A model generated the notes under the pieces. The model worked only from the letters and a program-made list of their open reading frames with translations, had not been told where the DNA came from and searched no databases. Positions 12,555 to 23,229 of a stretch of DNA of 64,000 nucleotides are shown piece after piece (within the stretch, counting starts at the first letter, position 1; the number at the start of each line of letters is the position of its first letter). The position numbers and the translations under genes were made by a program. Origin of the DNA: Schizochytrium sp. TIO01 (lineage: Eukaryota; Protista; Bigyra: Labyrinthulomycetes); the NCBI GenBank assembly GCA_004764695.1, contig SMSO01000037.1, forward strand, positions 3,014,747-3,078,746. Direction: 5' to 3'.

Positions 12555-13946
12555 CTTTGTCCATGCATCGACCAATCTTCGGCCTTCCTTTCAATTAATG
12601 GAAAGAAAGTGGTAGGAACTGCTAGGGCCTAGCTAGGTACATCGATGTAATTTGAATTTTTATTTATTTGTTTTCAATTAAAGTAATGGTATTGTATAGC
12701 ATTGTGGATAGCGTGATAGGTAGCAATCGGTTTGAAAAGTTTTTAATGACTGAAGAAGAAGATGTCATTCATTCATTCATTCCTTCATTCAAAATTGGTC
12801 GTCGCTCTGTCTTCTCTTTTCCGTAGCGAGGAATAGGGAACTGCTAGCACCAGCAGTTCGAAAGAGTACAACCGCCGTGTTGATAGCAGGATATATGAAG
12901 CAAAGAACGAAACAGGAACGCTGCAAGAACGTTTGAACTGAGGATGGATGAGAGGGCGCCACAGGCGTCTCAACAACCTTTGCGCTTGGGTGGAGGATAC
13001 ATTGTTGTACTACACTGCCACTACCACAGTTAGACCCCTTCTCTCTAAAAAGAAATCACTTGTTGCGTTTATCGATTATTTATGCGGCGCTATGCGTTCC
13101 GTTCTGAAATGGATAAGAACTTAAATATGGGAGGTTTTCCGCAGACTATCACACTGACGCTAGTTTGGTGGCAGTGGTAGGAAGAGGGGTTTCAATGGCC
13201 TGAAGCTTTTGGGATTAACTTCACGATACAAGCTGTGGGGAAGGAAATGTAAACGCTGCTGTGAGGATGATTTCCCAGTGGAAATGAGAGGCAAATGTTC
13301 GAAAGTTAATGGAGTTTAAATTCGTCCAAGGTGACAGTGTATTTGTGAGGGAGAGTGCGCCAGTGGAGGGCTTTAAACAATTTGAAAGAAAGAAAGAAAG
13401 AACATGAAAAGAAAGAGAGAAAGAGAAAGAGAAAGAGAGGAAGACAGACAGACAGACTGACAGACAGACAGTCAAACAGCAAACCGCCGTCGCTCCCGAC
13501 TTCGCTCCGAGGCCGCTGCTCTTGTGTGTGGCGCGGTCAACCTAGCTCTCTCGGTACCTTCGGTGATTCCCTCGGGCCTCCCCATATACCCTTTCTCCTT
13601 GCCCTGCTCCGTTGACGCTCAGAGGTTGCATCAGGGATCCGGTCGGATCTCGATCAGCGCTCTCTCTCTCGTTATCCACTTCTTTCTCCGCTCCAGTCAG
13701 GTTTCGACCTGCTATCGCCGGACGTGCGAGGCCTCCTGACTGGACGTCTCTCCGTGCCGGTAACCTACAAGCAAACAAACCCTCTGGGTGCGTGGCTTTG
13801 CCCTGCTCTGGCGGTTTTTCAGTCGAGAAAAGAGGTGTCTCTTTCTCGTTACTCTTGTTGTTCTTTGCTCCCCGCATATCATCAACAAGTAGCCAAGTAA
13901 TCCCATAGGTGGTTGAACCCAAAGAAGCAAACCAAGAGCAAGAACC

Positions 13947-16688
13947 ATGGACAACCTCACGGAGATTCTGCTTGCGACGCAGAACAACGATGCCAACGCA
14001 CGTGTGCCGGCCGAAAAGGCCCTCGCGGAGTTTGAGCAGAACAGCTTCCCGCAATATCTCGTGGCATTGGCCCGTGAGATGGGCGATGAAAACAAGCCAG
14101 AGAACGCCCGTACTCTCGCTGCTCTCCAGGCCAAGCGTATCCTCACAGGTAACGATGACTTCAGCATTCGCAGGAAGCACGACCAATGGGCTGAGACTGT
14201 CCAGCCCGAGGCCAAGAACATGATCAAGCAGACCATCCTCCAAGTCCTCGCATCCCAAAACCAGAATGTTGCCCGCCAGGCCGCACAGGTCATGGAGGCT
14301 ATTGCCAAGTTTGACCTCTCTAACGATGAGTGGAACGAGCTCCCCTCTCAGCTTGTTCAGGTATTTGACCAGGTCCACAGCCGTAACGCAGACCACATCA
14401 TTGGACCTCTTCTTGGTTTGGGATACTTTGCCTCCACCGCTGTGGAAACTGGATATGGTCTTGACGAGAACGCCATTAACCAACTTCTTAGCAAGATCTC
14501 CGTTGGTATGAGTGCTGACCGCCCCCGCGATGTTCAGGTCGCTGCCACTGATGCTCTTGCAGACACTCTCGACTTTGCTCGTCACAACATGGAGAACCAG
14601 CAGGAGCGCAACGTTATTATGGAGATGATCTTGCGTATGACGCAGTCTCCCCACGCCGAGGTCCGCGAACACGCCTTTCAGTGCCTCACCACCGCTCTTG
14701 AGCTCTATTACCACCTTCTCAAGGACTACATGCAAGCCATTTATGACATTACCACTAAGGCCATCCAGAATGTTGATGAGGAGCGTGTTGCTATGCAGGC
14801 ATTGAACTTTTGGTCCGAAATGGCCTTTGAGGAGGCCGAGCGCCGTCTCGGAGACCAGAACAGCGAGGACCCATCTAGCGTTTACCTTGGCTTTGTCGAT
14901 ACTGTTAAGGAACCTCTTTGCAAGCTCGTCTTGGAGTTCGCCTTGCTGCAGCAAGATGAGGAGCCCGATGAAGATGAGTCCTCAGACAACACCCTCTATG
15001 GTGCTGCCGAGCACTGCTTTGTCAACTTGAGCTCTTGCTTAGGCCAGGCTATTATCCCCTACACCATTAACTTCACTTCTCAAAATGTCGTGTCCCCGGA
15101 CTGGCGCCGCCGTCAGGCTGCCATCTTTGCCTTTGGTGCCATCCTTCGCGATGCCTCTAGCCATGAGATGAGCTCTCCCATCAACGAGATTATGCCTGTT
15201 CTTGTGCAGCGCATGCTCGTTAATACCCCTCAGGAGCTCCAGGGCTCCAACGCCCAGCCTGAGCCAGTCGCCACTGTTCGTGAGACCGCAGCCTGGGCCA
15301 TCTCTGTTATCTGCTCTGCGCACATCGCCTGCGTCAACAACAGCAACATCAAGTTGATGCTTTCCAGTACCTACGAGGCACTTCGCGATCGCCCTCGTGT
15401 GGCTCACATGGCCGCCGCCGCTATTTATGCCTTTGCTAATGCTTTTGCCGGCCAGGCCGACCAGCAGACCAACCAGCTCAGTGGTGAACTCATGCAGACC
15501 TTTGGAAGTGCCCTCTGGGACGCCGCTCGCCGTGAGGATAGCGACCAGTGGCAACTCATGGAGGATGCCTATGAGGCTCTCATTCGCCTCATTGAGGTAA
15601 GTGCTGTTGACATGCGCCAGTACGTGGGCTCGGTTCTTCTTCACACCAGTCTTGTCCGCCTCAGCGAGATCCGCTCTGGAGAGGTCCAAGACCAAACTGG
15701 TTTTCAGGAAGTTGAGCTCTGTGGTGTCGTCAGCGTGTGCATTATCAAGCTTGAGGAGTACCTCCTACAGATCCCGGTTAACAATGGCGCCCCATCTGAC
15801 AACCCTCAGATGGCTGTACCTGATCAGATCATGCAAACCATGATTGAGATTCTTAACCGCCCCAACTCCAACGCTCATCCCGATGCTCTTCATGCGATTG
15901 GTGAAGTGACCCGCGTTGTCGGATCCAACTTTAGGCGCTACATGCAGAGCGTTGTTCCCCTGGTGTTGCGAGGACTCAACGCCCGCGAGAACTCTCAAGT
16001 TTGTATCGCTGCTGTCCGTCTCTGTGCAGATGTCTGCAATGCGCTGAAGGAACAGCCTGAGTTGGTCCAGCTCACTCCGGAGCTCATGAAGCTCATCTAC
16101 GCCAACCTTGGATCTGATGACCTCCAGTCTGAAGTGAAGCCCCCGCATTTGACAATTCTTGGAGATATTGCCGATGCGATTGGTGCTGATAACTTTAAGC
16201 CATACTTCAGCCAGGCTATGCAAACTGCTCTATCCGCTGCTAATGTCGGTCTTGAAATTACCGAAGCTGAGTATGCCGATGACCTCAACAGCCTTCGTGA
16301 GGCTGCCCTCGAGGCCATGGAGCTTATGCTCCTCGACGTTGATAACATGTCCATCCAACCGTTCCTTGAGCAGATCTTCTTCCTTGCTCGCTCTATCTCT
16401 CAGGAGATCGTGGATCCTCGCAACTATTACGAGAACAAGGACCCGTCCATCATCCCCCCCGATCTTGGAAGTCTCACTAACCTGCCCTACAAGGTGGCTG
16501 ATGCTGTTGTGAAGAGTATCCTCAACATTCTTGGTGATGTGACTAAGCAGGTTGGCGATCCCTTCCGCAAGCCTCTGCGCGAGAGTATGCAGCAACTTAC
16601 ACCCCTCGTTCAGTATGCTAAGCAGTCCTCGAACAGTGATTTAGTTGATGCTGCGGATTACGCTCTCAGCCAGATTGGCAGCAACTAA
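13947..16688 (+). CDS. KPNB1: Importin subunit beta-1 (karyopherin beta 1)
   Basis: 913 aa. IBN_N-like start (MDNLTEILLATQ...AEKALAEFEQ...R.LAAL..K..L), WNELP, AMQALNFWS, acidic loop QQDEEPDEDE, DWRRRQAAIFAFGAIL, VRETAAWAI and VKP..L..LGDIA.AIG. HEAT-like helices throughout. Confidence 0.95.
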   Translation: MDNLTEILLATQNNDANARVPAEKALAEFEQNSFPQYLVALAREMGDENKPENARTLAALQAKRILTGNDDFSIRRKHDQWAETVQPEAKNMIKQTILQVLASQNQNVARQAAQVMEAIAKFDLSNDEWNELPSQLVQVFDQVHSRNADHIIGPLLGLGYFASTAVETGYGLDENAINQLLSKISVGMSADRPRDVQVAATDALADTLDFARHNMENQQERNVIMEMILRMTQSPHAEVREHAFQCLTTALELYYHLLKDYMQAIYDITTKAIQNVDEERVAMQALNFWSEMAFEEAERRLGDQNSEDPSSVYLGFVDTVKEPLCKLVLEFALLQQDEEPDEDESSDNTLYGAAEHCFVNLSSCLGQAIIPYTINFTSQNVVSPDWRRRQAAIFAFGAILRDASSHEMSSPINEIMPVLVQRMLVNTPQELQGSNAQPEPVATVRETAAWAISVICSAHIACVNNSNIKLMLSSTYEALRDRPRVAHMAAAAIYAFANAFAGQADQQTNQLSGELMQTFGSALWDAARREDSDQWQLMEDAYEALIRLIEVSAVDMRQYVGSVLLHTSLVRLSEIRSGEVQDQTGFQEVELCGVVSVCIIKLEEYLLQIPVNNGAPSDNPQMAVPDQIMQTMIEILNRPNSNAHPDALHAIGEVTRVVGSNFRRYMQSVVPLVLRGLNARENSQVCIAAVRLCADVCNALKEQPELVQLTPELMKLIYANLGSDDLQSEVKPPHLTILGDIADAIGADNFKPYFSQAMQTALSAANVGLEITEAEYADDLNSLREAALEAMELMLLDVDNMSIQPFLEQIFFLARSISQEIVDPRNYYENKDPSIIPPDLGSLTNLPYKVADAVVKSILNILGDVTKQVGDPFRKPLRESMQQLTPLVQYAKQSSNSDLVDAADYALSQIGSN

Positions 16689-18080
16689 ATGCCCCTAATT
16701 TGATCTACACCGCTTTTACAACACACACACAAAAACTGTTCACAAGCAACCTACGTGTTTGCTGACAGAATTATTTGCGAAGGTATAGCAAAAGAAAGGC
16801 TGCGTAGATCAAATGCAGGGTATTTGGTCGCTAAGGAATATACAATTTATGGCACTACAGTGTTTTTCTTCTGTTCTGCGATTTGCAAACAGCCAGTGGA
16901 ACACCCCATACTACAATCTACCCTCAATCAAATACAACACACAACACACACTTTCTGTAGCTTTTAGTTTATTAGCTATTCAGCGAGCAGATCGTACATA
17001 ACACATCACACACACAAACACACACCCACGAGTCAGATGGCTGTTGCTAAATTGATTCCATTTAAAATGTTTTTTTGTAAAAAGAAAAAACATGGAACCT
17101 TTTCACATGCCAATAGTCTTGCTCGTACGCTTGGTGCCCATTTGGTTGCCCTGGCCATTGTGCAAGGAGAAAGTAACAAATGACAACCAAGATTTTTTCA
17201 TCACACACAACACACAATACTATTGAAACCTGCAAACTCATTTAAGTTTCTTGTTTACCTTACGCTTTGAATAGCAAGGGAGCCAGACATTTCTATATTT
17301 TCGTCCAATGGCGCTTGTTGTCCCTTCATATCTTCTTTCTCTACCTACCCTGAAGCTGTTGCTGGTCAATATATGATTCAGAATTCATCTCCTTCATCAA
17401 TATTTTAATTGACCAACTTTTTCGTCGGCAAAGGTAGTAATCGAGATTTATCAGATAAAGATGATGAAGTGAGGTATGTTACCTTTTCGGACAGTGCTGT
17501 TAGTGATCTCTGACTCCCTTTCTATCTCATTTTTAATTACCCCTCGGTAAACAATGAAGCTTGGACGAGAATGCTGGAGATCTTGGAAATACGTAATCTC
17601 GGATACTAACCCCACATCTTTTCTCATGGTTTCTAGTTGAAGGTCACGACTGTGCTCTAGTATGTAAAATTACTGGAACATTGTTAATAGCACTTGAACT
17701 AGCGAGCTATGGTTTGGTTAGTCTCGCACCGTAGATTTTCGTAGATCCCGTCGTTCAATACAACAACATCCACAACACACACACAACACACAATTTTAAT
17801 TTTTTACAACACCAACAACACACATCACATTATTTAGCATCGCACCACCTTGGCGTGTCTCTGAACCCTAATATCCACCTCCCCCTCGTCCCCTCACCTC
17901 ACCGCATTTGAATGAACTTCTTTTTGCACATTCCTGGAAGCTCTAAGCACGATAGCAAGAGGTCATCGATGAAAACTTGTCATGCCATCATGCGCACACA
18001 GATTGATTGAGTATTTTACTCATATCACAAGATACTTATGGAAAATGGTTGAATTCTTGACTATTCAAATGTCTAGCTAA

Positions 18081-21000
18081 TTAGCCTATCCTTTCTATCA
18101 CAAAGGAGCCAAAGGCACGCAGCATCATCTTCGGGAAAGAGTCTGGAATGACACTATCTAACCTGGCCCATGCTTGCTCTACCTCATTCTCAGCCTGCTG
18201 CACGCATTCATCAATTGCACCGAGCTCCTCCAGCTGCTGAATGATTGCATCCACCACAGCTTGGTCTTGTGGCTTCGAACGGATTGTATCCCAAAGACTG
18301 CGACGATCCTCTTGGCTTGATAGCCGAGCCATGGCTTTGGCTACTGGAAATGTTACCTTGCCATCCACAATATCTTCCCCTAGTCTCTTTAGAGAAGTAC
18401 CGAGCTTGAGCTTGTCGGTTTCCTTGGCGAAGAGTCCTCGTAAGTTGAGCACATCATCCATAATTTGAAACGCGATTCCAATACTTTCAAAGTAACGGCC
18501 CATCGCTTCAATCTGTTCCTCGCTACCTTTGCCCACAAGAGCCCCCATACGAGCTAATGTACCTGCGGGGACTGCTGTTTTCAGCATGTGAATACCAAGG
18601 ATGCGTTCTTGAAGCAAGCTTGCATCACCTGACTCAACAACCTCATCCATCATGTAATCCAGACCGTTAATGTCCAGCGCTTGGCCGGCATGTCCTCCGC
18701 GCAGAGCAGCAAAATACAAAGCATAGCATCTGTTCAACTCTTCAGGAGTAAGCCCCGGAGCACGAATCATTTGCTCACATTGGAAGTACGCTGCAGTACC
18801 TGCGTTGATACACAATGCATCACCATATACGCGGTGAGCAGCAGGCCCGCCACGTCGAGTTTCTGAGTGATCTTGTATATCATCCACAATAAGCGATCCG
18901 ACGTGCAAAAACTCAGGCATAGCGACCCAGTCAACAAAATCACGCGAGTCGCCACCTACACAGTCCACGCAAGCCAGAGCACCATAGGAGCGCCATGATT
19001 TGCCACCCCTGTCTGCAATAAGACGAACAGGGGCAATTAACGTCTGGCCAAGCACGTCCAAGGGAACTCCAGACATGTAATGTGGTGTGTCTTTGGTTGC
19101 AATTAGTTCAAGTGCCTCTTCATATGTTGGGTGCAAAGGGTACATGCTCTGCACACTTGCTCGAACTTTCTTGCCCACATTCTTGAAGAATGTCTTGATG
19201 TTTTGATCTTCTCCAAATCCATTTCTTTCTACATAGGCGAGACCCTTCACAGGTGTCCCATACTTTGTGCCATAAACCTTGCAACGACCTTCCCAAAATG
19301 CAGGCTTTGCAATCAATGTCATCAATTCTTGATCTGGAAAGCTAGCTTCCACGCATAGGTCCAAACCTACCCCTGGAACCTGCAAATGATATTTAAGCGG
19401 GTAGGAGACAAATGTTCGTACGGAGGTCCACGTTGCCTCCCGAGATGAGTCTGCTGTGAAGGAAACTCCGTGAGAGCCGTCAAACTGTGTTCGATTTCCC
19501 TCAGCATCAATCACAATAGCTTTGACCTCCATTATCTCATTCTTGAGCGGGTTGACTAAAAGTGCAGCAGAGATCTCCGTGTTATCGTCTAGTTGTGCTG
19601 CAACCCAGTTCCATGCATATCTTCCTGTATGGTGTTCACCTAGACGATCCGCGTGACCTTTACCCTCTACTTCAGGTTCTGAAGAGGTATCCGACCTCGC
19701 GGTTTGTGCATCGTGATCGTGCTCGTCGTCATGACTGTTTGACTTGCTATTGATACGTTCCTCCTCTGGGACGCCGCCGAATTCGTGGTCATACCATCCT
19801 GAGCCATGGACGACGGTGAGTTGCTCTGCTTCTGCCTTCTCCATTGCCGCACCACGTTTGACTGGGATTGGGACATGCATTGAGCCAGTGACCTTGCAAC
19901 GAGTGATACAGTAATAAAACATGTCATCTCCTTCACGGCCTTTCACTACGCCATGGTCGCCGTGTCGGATAGGTGCTTTTTGCGGCACAAATTTAAGGTC
20001 CAGGTTGCACGGGAGCTTGTAATGGGAAGCGCGAAGATGATAAAGTCCATCAGATGTTTTGTGAAGAGAGCCGCCTTCGTAGTCAAGGCGAAGCTCCTCT
20101 CCATCGGTTTTGACAACCGCATCACGAGAAAGGAGACGATCTGGTAAAGGAACATTGCCCTTTTCCAAGATCTCCCGAAAAGCTCGCTGGAGGATAAGGT
20201 CTTGCGTCCCATGCCCCTCGTCAAGAGCTTTGAGGATACTCCGAGGAGCGTCCTGTTCTAGGATAACATCTGCATAGTATTTATTCTTTTCCACATCACT
20301 TACTGCCCAGGTGAGCGCATGGCTAAAGTGCCTCTTTCCGGAATGTTTGTCGTAGTATTTAAAGAACCGAAAGAAACACACAAAGACACTCAGTTTGCGG
20401 TTTGCTCCTGTAGGGTCTGCTGCACAGTCAAGATGAGCATGATAATACCACCACTCTGTCTGACTGCGAGGGTGTGGAAGATCGTGAATAGCTAAGTCGA
20501 TCGGACCCATGCGCCCAGGCCAATCTACACGTAAAGGCGGCTCTAAGAGTGCCTCTATAGCTTCTTGCGTTTGAGGTCCCCGAAGGAGCAGAACGCGCTG
20601 CAGATAGGCCTCAACCCTGGCTACATCATTTGCACCCAAAGATGAACGAAATCCCCAGAGCAGTTTGGACAGTGCAATAATCGAAACCAGTTGCATCAGG
20701 GCAGCCAAAGCAGCAAATTCCACACGAAGTCCCATTTCTTCCAGCCCTGTTGCAGCAACCGCAACATCCACGGCAACACAAGCAACCACAAATGCTGTCA
20801 AAACAAAGTAGTTGAACGTGTACTCGCTGTCAGAGTAAATATTCGAACCTGAAGAGTCTCTGCGACCTGGAAATGCGAGCACCTGATCGAGATCCTGCGG
20901 ATTGCGCTTGGATTCTACACGTTGCAAACTATGCAGCTGTCGATGGAACGCGGTCAAATCCGCCTCGCTGCGCACAACCTTGACCGGATTTCCATCACGG

Positions 21001-21155
21001 TCACCTTCGATCAAAAACCCAAGGACTTTGGACCCATCGCGAGAGGTTACAGTTTCCGTGCCTTTAACGCGCACGAGATATTGCCCTCTGCCACGACTAC
21101 TTTTTTCGCAATGCTGGCCTGAATCTTTGTGTGGCGCTTTACCACGCGCCGCCAT
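18081..21155 (-). CDS. Multidomain protein: PX-like domain with a two-TM insertion, AttH/CrtC-like double beta-barrel (lipocalin-like) domain, and trans-isoprenyl diphosphate synthase (type III GGPPS-like)
   Basis: First ATG is at 21155 (the ORF track starts at a TTG, 21167). AttH/CrtC motifs: H..SQTEWWYY, GSGWYDHEFG, WNWVAAQLDD, YPLKYHL.VP, DQEL...PAFWEG, G.AYVE. Prenyltransferase motifs: GGKSWR, LHVGSLIVDDIQD..TRRG (FARM), HAGQALD, KT, FQIMDDVLN (SARM), GEDIVDGKVTFP. Confidence 0.9.
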   Translation of the reverse strand: MAARGKAPHKDSGQHCEKSSRGRGQYLVRVKGTETVTSRDGSKVLGFLIEGDRDGNPVKVVRSEADLTAFHRQLHSLQRVESKRNPQDLDQVLAFPGRRDSSGSNIYSDSEYTFNYFVLTAFVVACVAVDVAVAATGLEEMGLRVEFAALAALMQLVSIIALSKLLWGFRSSLGANDVARVEAYLQRVLLLRGPQTQEAIEALLEPPLRVDWPGRMGPIDLAIHDLPHPRSQTEWWYYHAHLDCAADPTGANRKLSVFVCFFRFFKYYDKHSGKRHFSHALTWAVSDVEKNKYYADVILEQDAPRSILKALDEGHGTQDLILQRAFREILEKGNVPLPDRLLSRDAVVKTDGEELRLDYEGGSLHKTSDGLYHLRASHYKLPCNLDLKFVPQKAPIRHGDHGVVKGREGDDMFYYCITRCKVTGSMHVPIPVKRGAAMEKAEAEQLTVVHGSGWYDHEFGGVPEEERINSKSNSHDDEHDHDAQTARSDTSSEPEVEGKGHADRLGEHHTGRYAWNWVAAQLDDNTEISAALLVNPLKNEIMEVKAIVIDAEGNRTQFDGSHGVSFTADSSREATWTSVRTFVSYPLKYHLQVPGVGLDLCVEASFPDQELMTLIAKPAFWEGRCKVYGTKYGTPVKGLAYVERNGFGEDQNIKTFFKNVGKKVRASVQSMYPLHPTYEEALELIATKDTPHYMSGVPLDVLGQTLIAPVRLIADRGGKSWRSYGALACVDCVGGDSRDFVDWVAMPEFLHVGSLIVDDIQDHSETRRGGPAAHRVYGDALCINAGTAAYFQCEQMIRAPGLTPEELNRCYALYFAALRGGHAGQALDINGLDYMMDEVVESGDASLLQERILGIHMLKTAVPAGTLARMGALVGKGSEEQIEAMGRYFESIGIAFQIMDDVLNLRGLFAKETDKLKLGTSLKRLGEDIVDGKVTFPVAKAMARLSSQEDRRSLWDTIRSKPQDQAVVDAIIQQLEELGAIDECVQQAENEVEQAWARLDSVIPDSFPKMMLRAFGSFVIERIG

Positions 21156-23229
21156 CGCCCTTGACAACCAGCTGGCGGGTGCTTGCTACTGCACCTCAGC
21201 CCTAGTTGGTTGAGTTCAAGCTTTGTGGTACACGTGAATCAAGATTATGCGACTTGACCGATCCTCGCCAGATCGATCGTTGATTCACGATATGATAATC
21301 CTGATAATCTTGAGTAGTTTTTAGTTACACTTATGATGATGTCTGTTTATGGAAATAACAGTTTTTAAAAGTCTGTTTGCTTTATTTTGTTTAGAGGCTT
21401 TCTCTTTCTCTTTTTCTATTTGGTTGACCGCAAATTCGAGTTCTTCTATTAATCTTTCAGTACGGTCTCTGCAGAAGGTACCCACTGCCGCTTGCTATGT
21501 TTGTTGCTGATACCCTTCTCAACTTGACTTTTATTCTACTATACCCCGAGGCATTCATAAGCTTGTTATTGTTCGTTCCCACTTGCCTGGTACTAACCAC
21601 TATTTTCTGAAAAAATAAAATAAAGAATTCTGTAAAAACAAGCCAAAAAAGGAAAAAATTCCGACAGTTGATTTGAGTCTAAAGCTGTTGAAGATGCGCT
21701 TTCGTATATTTATGACAAGTTGAAACCTGCGCGGCGTTCCAAAGGGTGCAGCACTTGAGTGACCAGGAATCATTCGTTTACGCGCATTTAATGTATAGCG
21801 ACTAGAAAGCTTGAAGATGCGATAACCGGTCCTATATCTTCCTTGTATCCTGTTAAACTCTGCTCTTATGAGATTTATTGGAATGTTATTTTATATGACG
21901 CAGGATTGCGACGGCGACGGCATCTGCGAAGGCGTGCAGAAGAGGCGGTATCTGCGAAAACATGCAGGAAAACGCACCATTGCATCCGAAGCACAGAACG
22001 CCAGCCTACCATGTTGATACATGCACATTTCTTGAAAATATATGCTGTAGGCCTCTTCGCGACGCCCCATCATCTTCTTTTATTTTTGATTGTCCTCTTT
22101 TAATGCTGATTTGTTTTGGTCTTTTTTGTCCTTTTTTGTCATTCGTACCCAAATCTGAAACGCGCTTGTCCGGACGAATTCACAATAGCGCAAGATCTAT
22201 GACTATCACAGTGAAGAACCCTTCGTACCTCAAAGTTCTCCAAAACATTCTCAGACTACTTGCTGGCTGAAAAGGCGATGCAGCCAAGAGACCACGTGAA
22301 GTTAAGCTGCGTCGAAAACCTGAGGGCGCTGTTCTGAAGATGGAGCTCGCTCGAATGATGATGGTGTTGGTTGATGATGCAGTAGGAATCGTGCCGAATT
22401 AGAGTTTGAGGCGGTACTGGCCGTGCTGCTGACGACGACGCTGATCAAGATGACGAGGATTAGGGTGATGATGATAGTTTTCATGGTACGAACGAACAAT
22501 CGTGCGCGTGCCTGCACGGGCTCAGGACCAAAACAATCTTCGAGGAGACAACTTAAGCAATAGAAGTCGGTTCTGCACAAGATTATTCTTCAGCTCAAGG
22601 AAATCTTCAACATGGGCCAAGTCCACTGGTTCTCTGACCAGGTTGTTGAAGGAGCTCTTGTTTGTTTGTTTATTTGTTTGTTTGTCCACCTTCAAGGCGT
22701 CTTTATTCCAGTGGTAGCTCTCATTCTTACCTAACAGCTCTAACTAAGCTGCACAATACCTGTAGGCATTATTGGTCGCAAGGTCTTGACTCCGTTCGCC
22801 AACTTTGGCATTGTCCTAAAATAGTCTCGCCATGCACCAAGGTTCAGTCATTCGCACAAGAAGAAATGTTGTTGAGGTCCGTTTATTGTATTATGCCACT
22901 TTCCAGGTCTCTGCAAAACCACAACTTCAGGCAACCGTGATATTCGTACAGTTGCACTAGCACGGCGCGAGTAGCCAGCGCTCGCTCGCATCATCAGCTA
23001 ACCTGCAGCAATGCAGTGCTAGTCATTCCGGTGCTTAGGAAAAGGTTGTACATTCTTCGAGGCGACAGAAAGGAGGGGACTCAGGAAACTAGGGGAAAAC
23101 ATGAAGTATCTATGTACCTATTAGATAGTACGTACCATACATAGATACATCAATGTGAAACAGCGAAGACTGTCGGACGCAGCTTCGCTGAGACTTGAAC
23201 TGGTGCAAATCCACATTAGGAAAGGAAAC

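Noticed and set aside
13542-14954. 470-aa minus-strand ORF, plus 15039-15695 and similar
   Set aside because: Antisense shadow of importin-beta caused by codon bias; no motifs.
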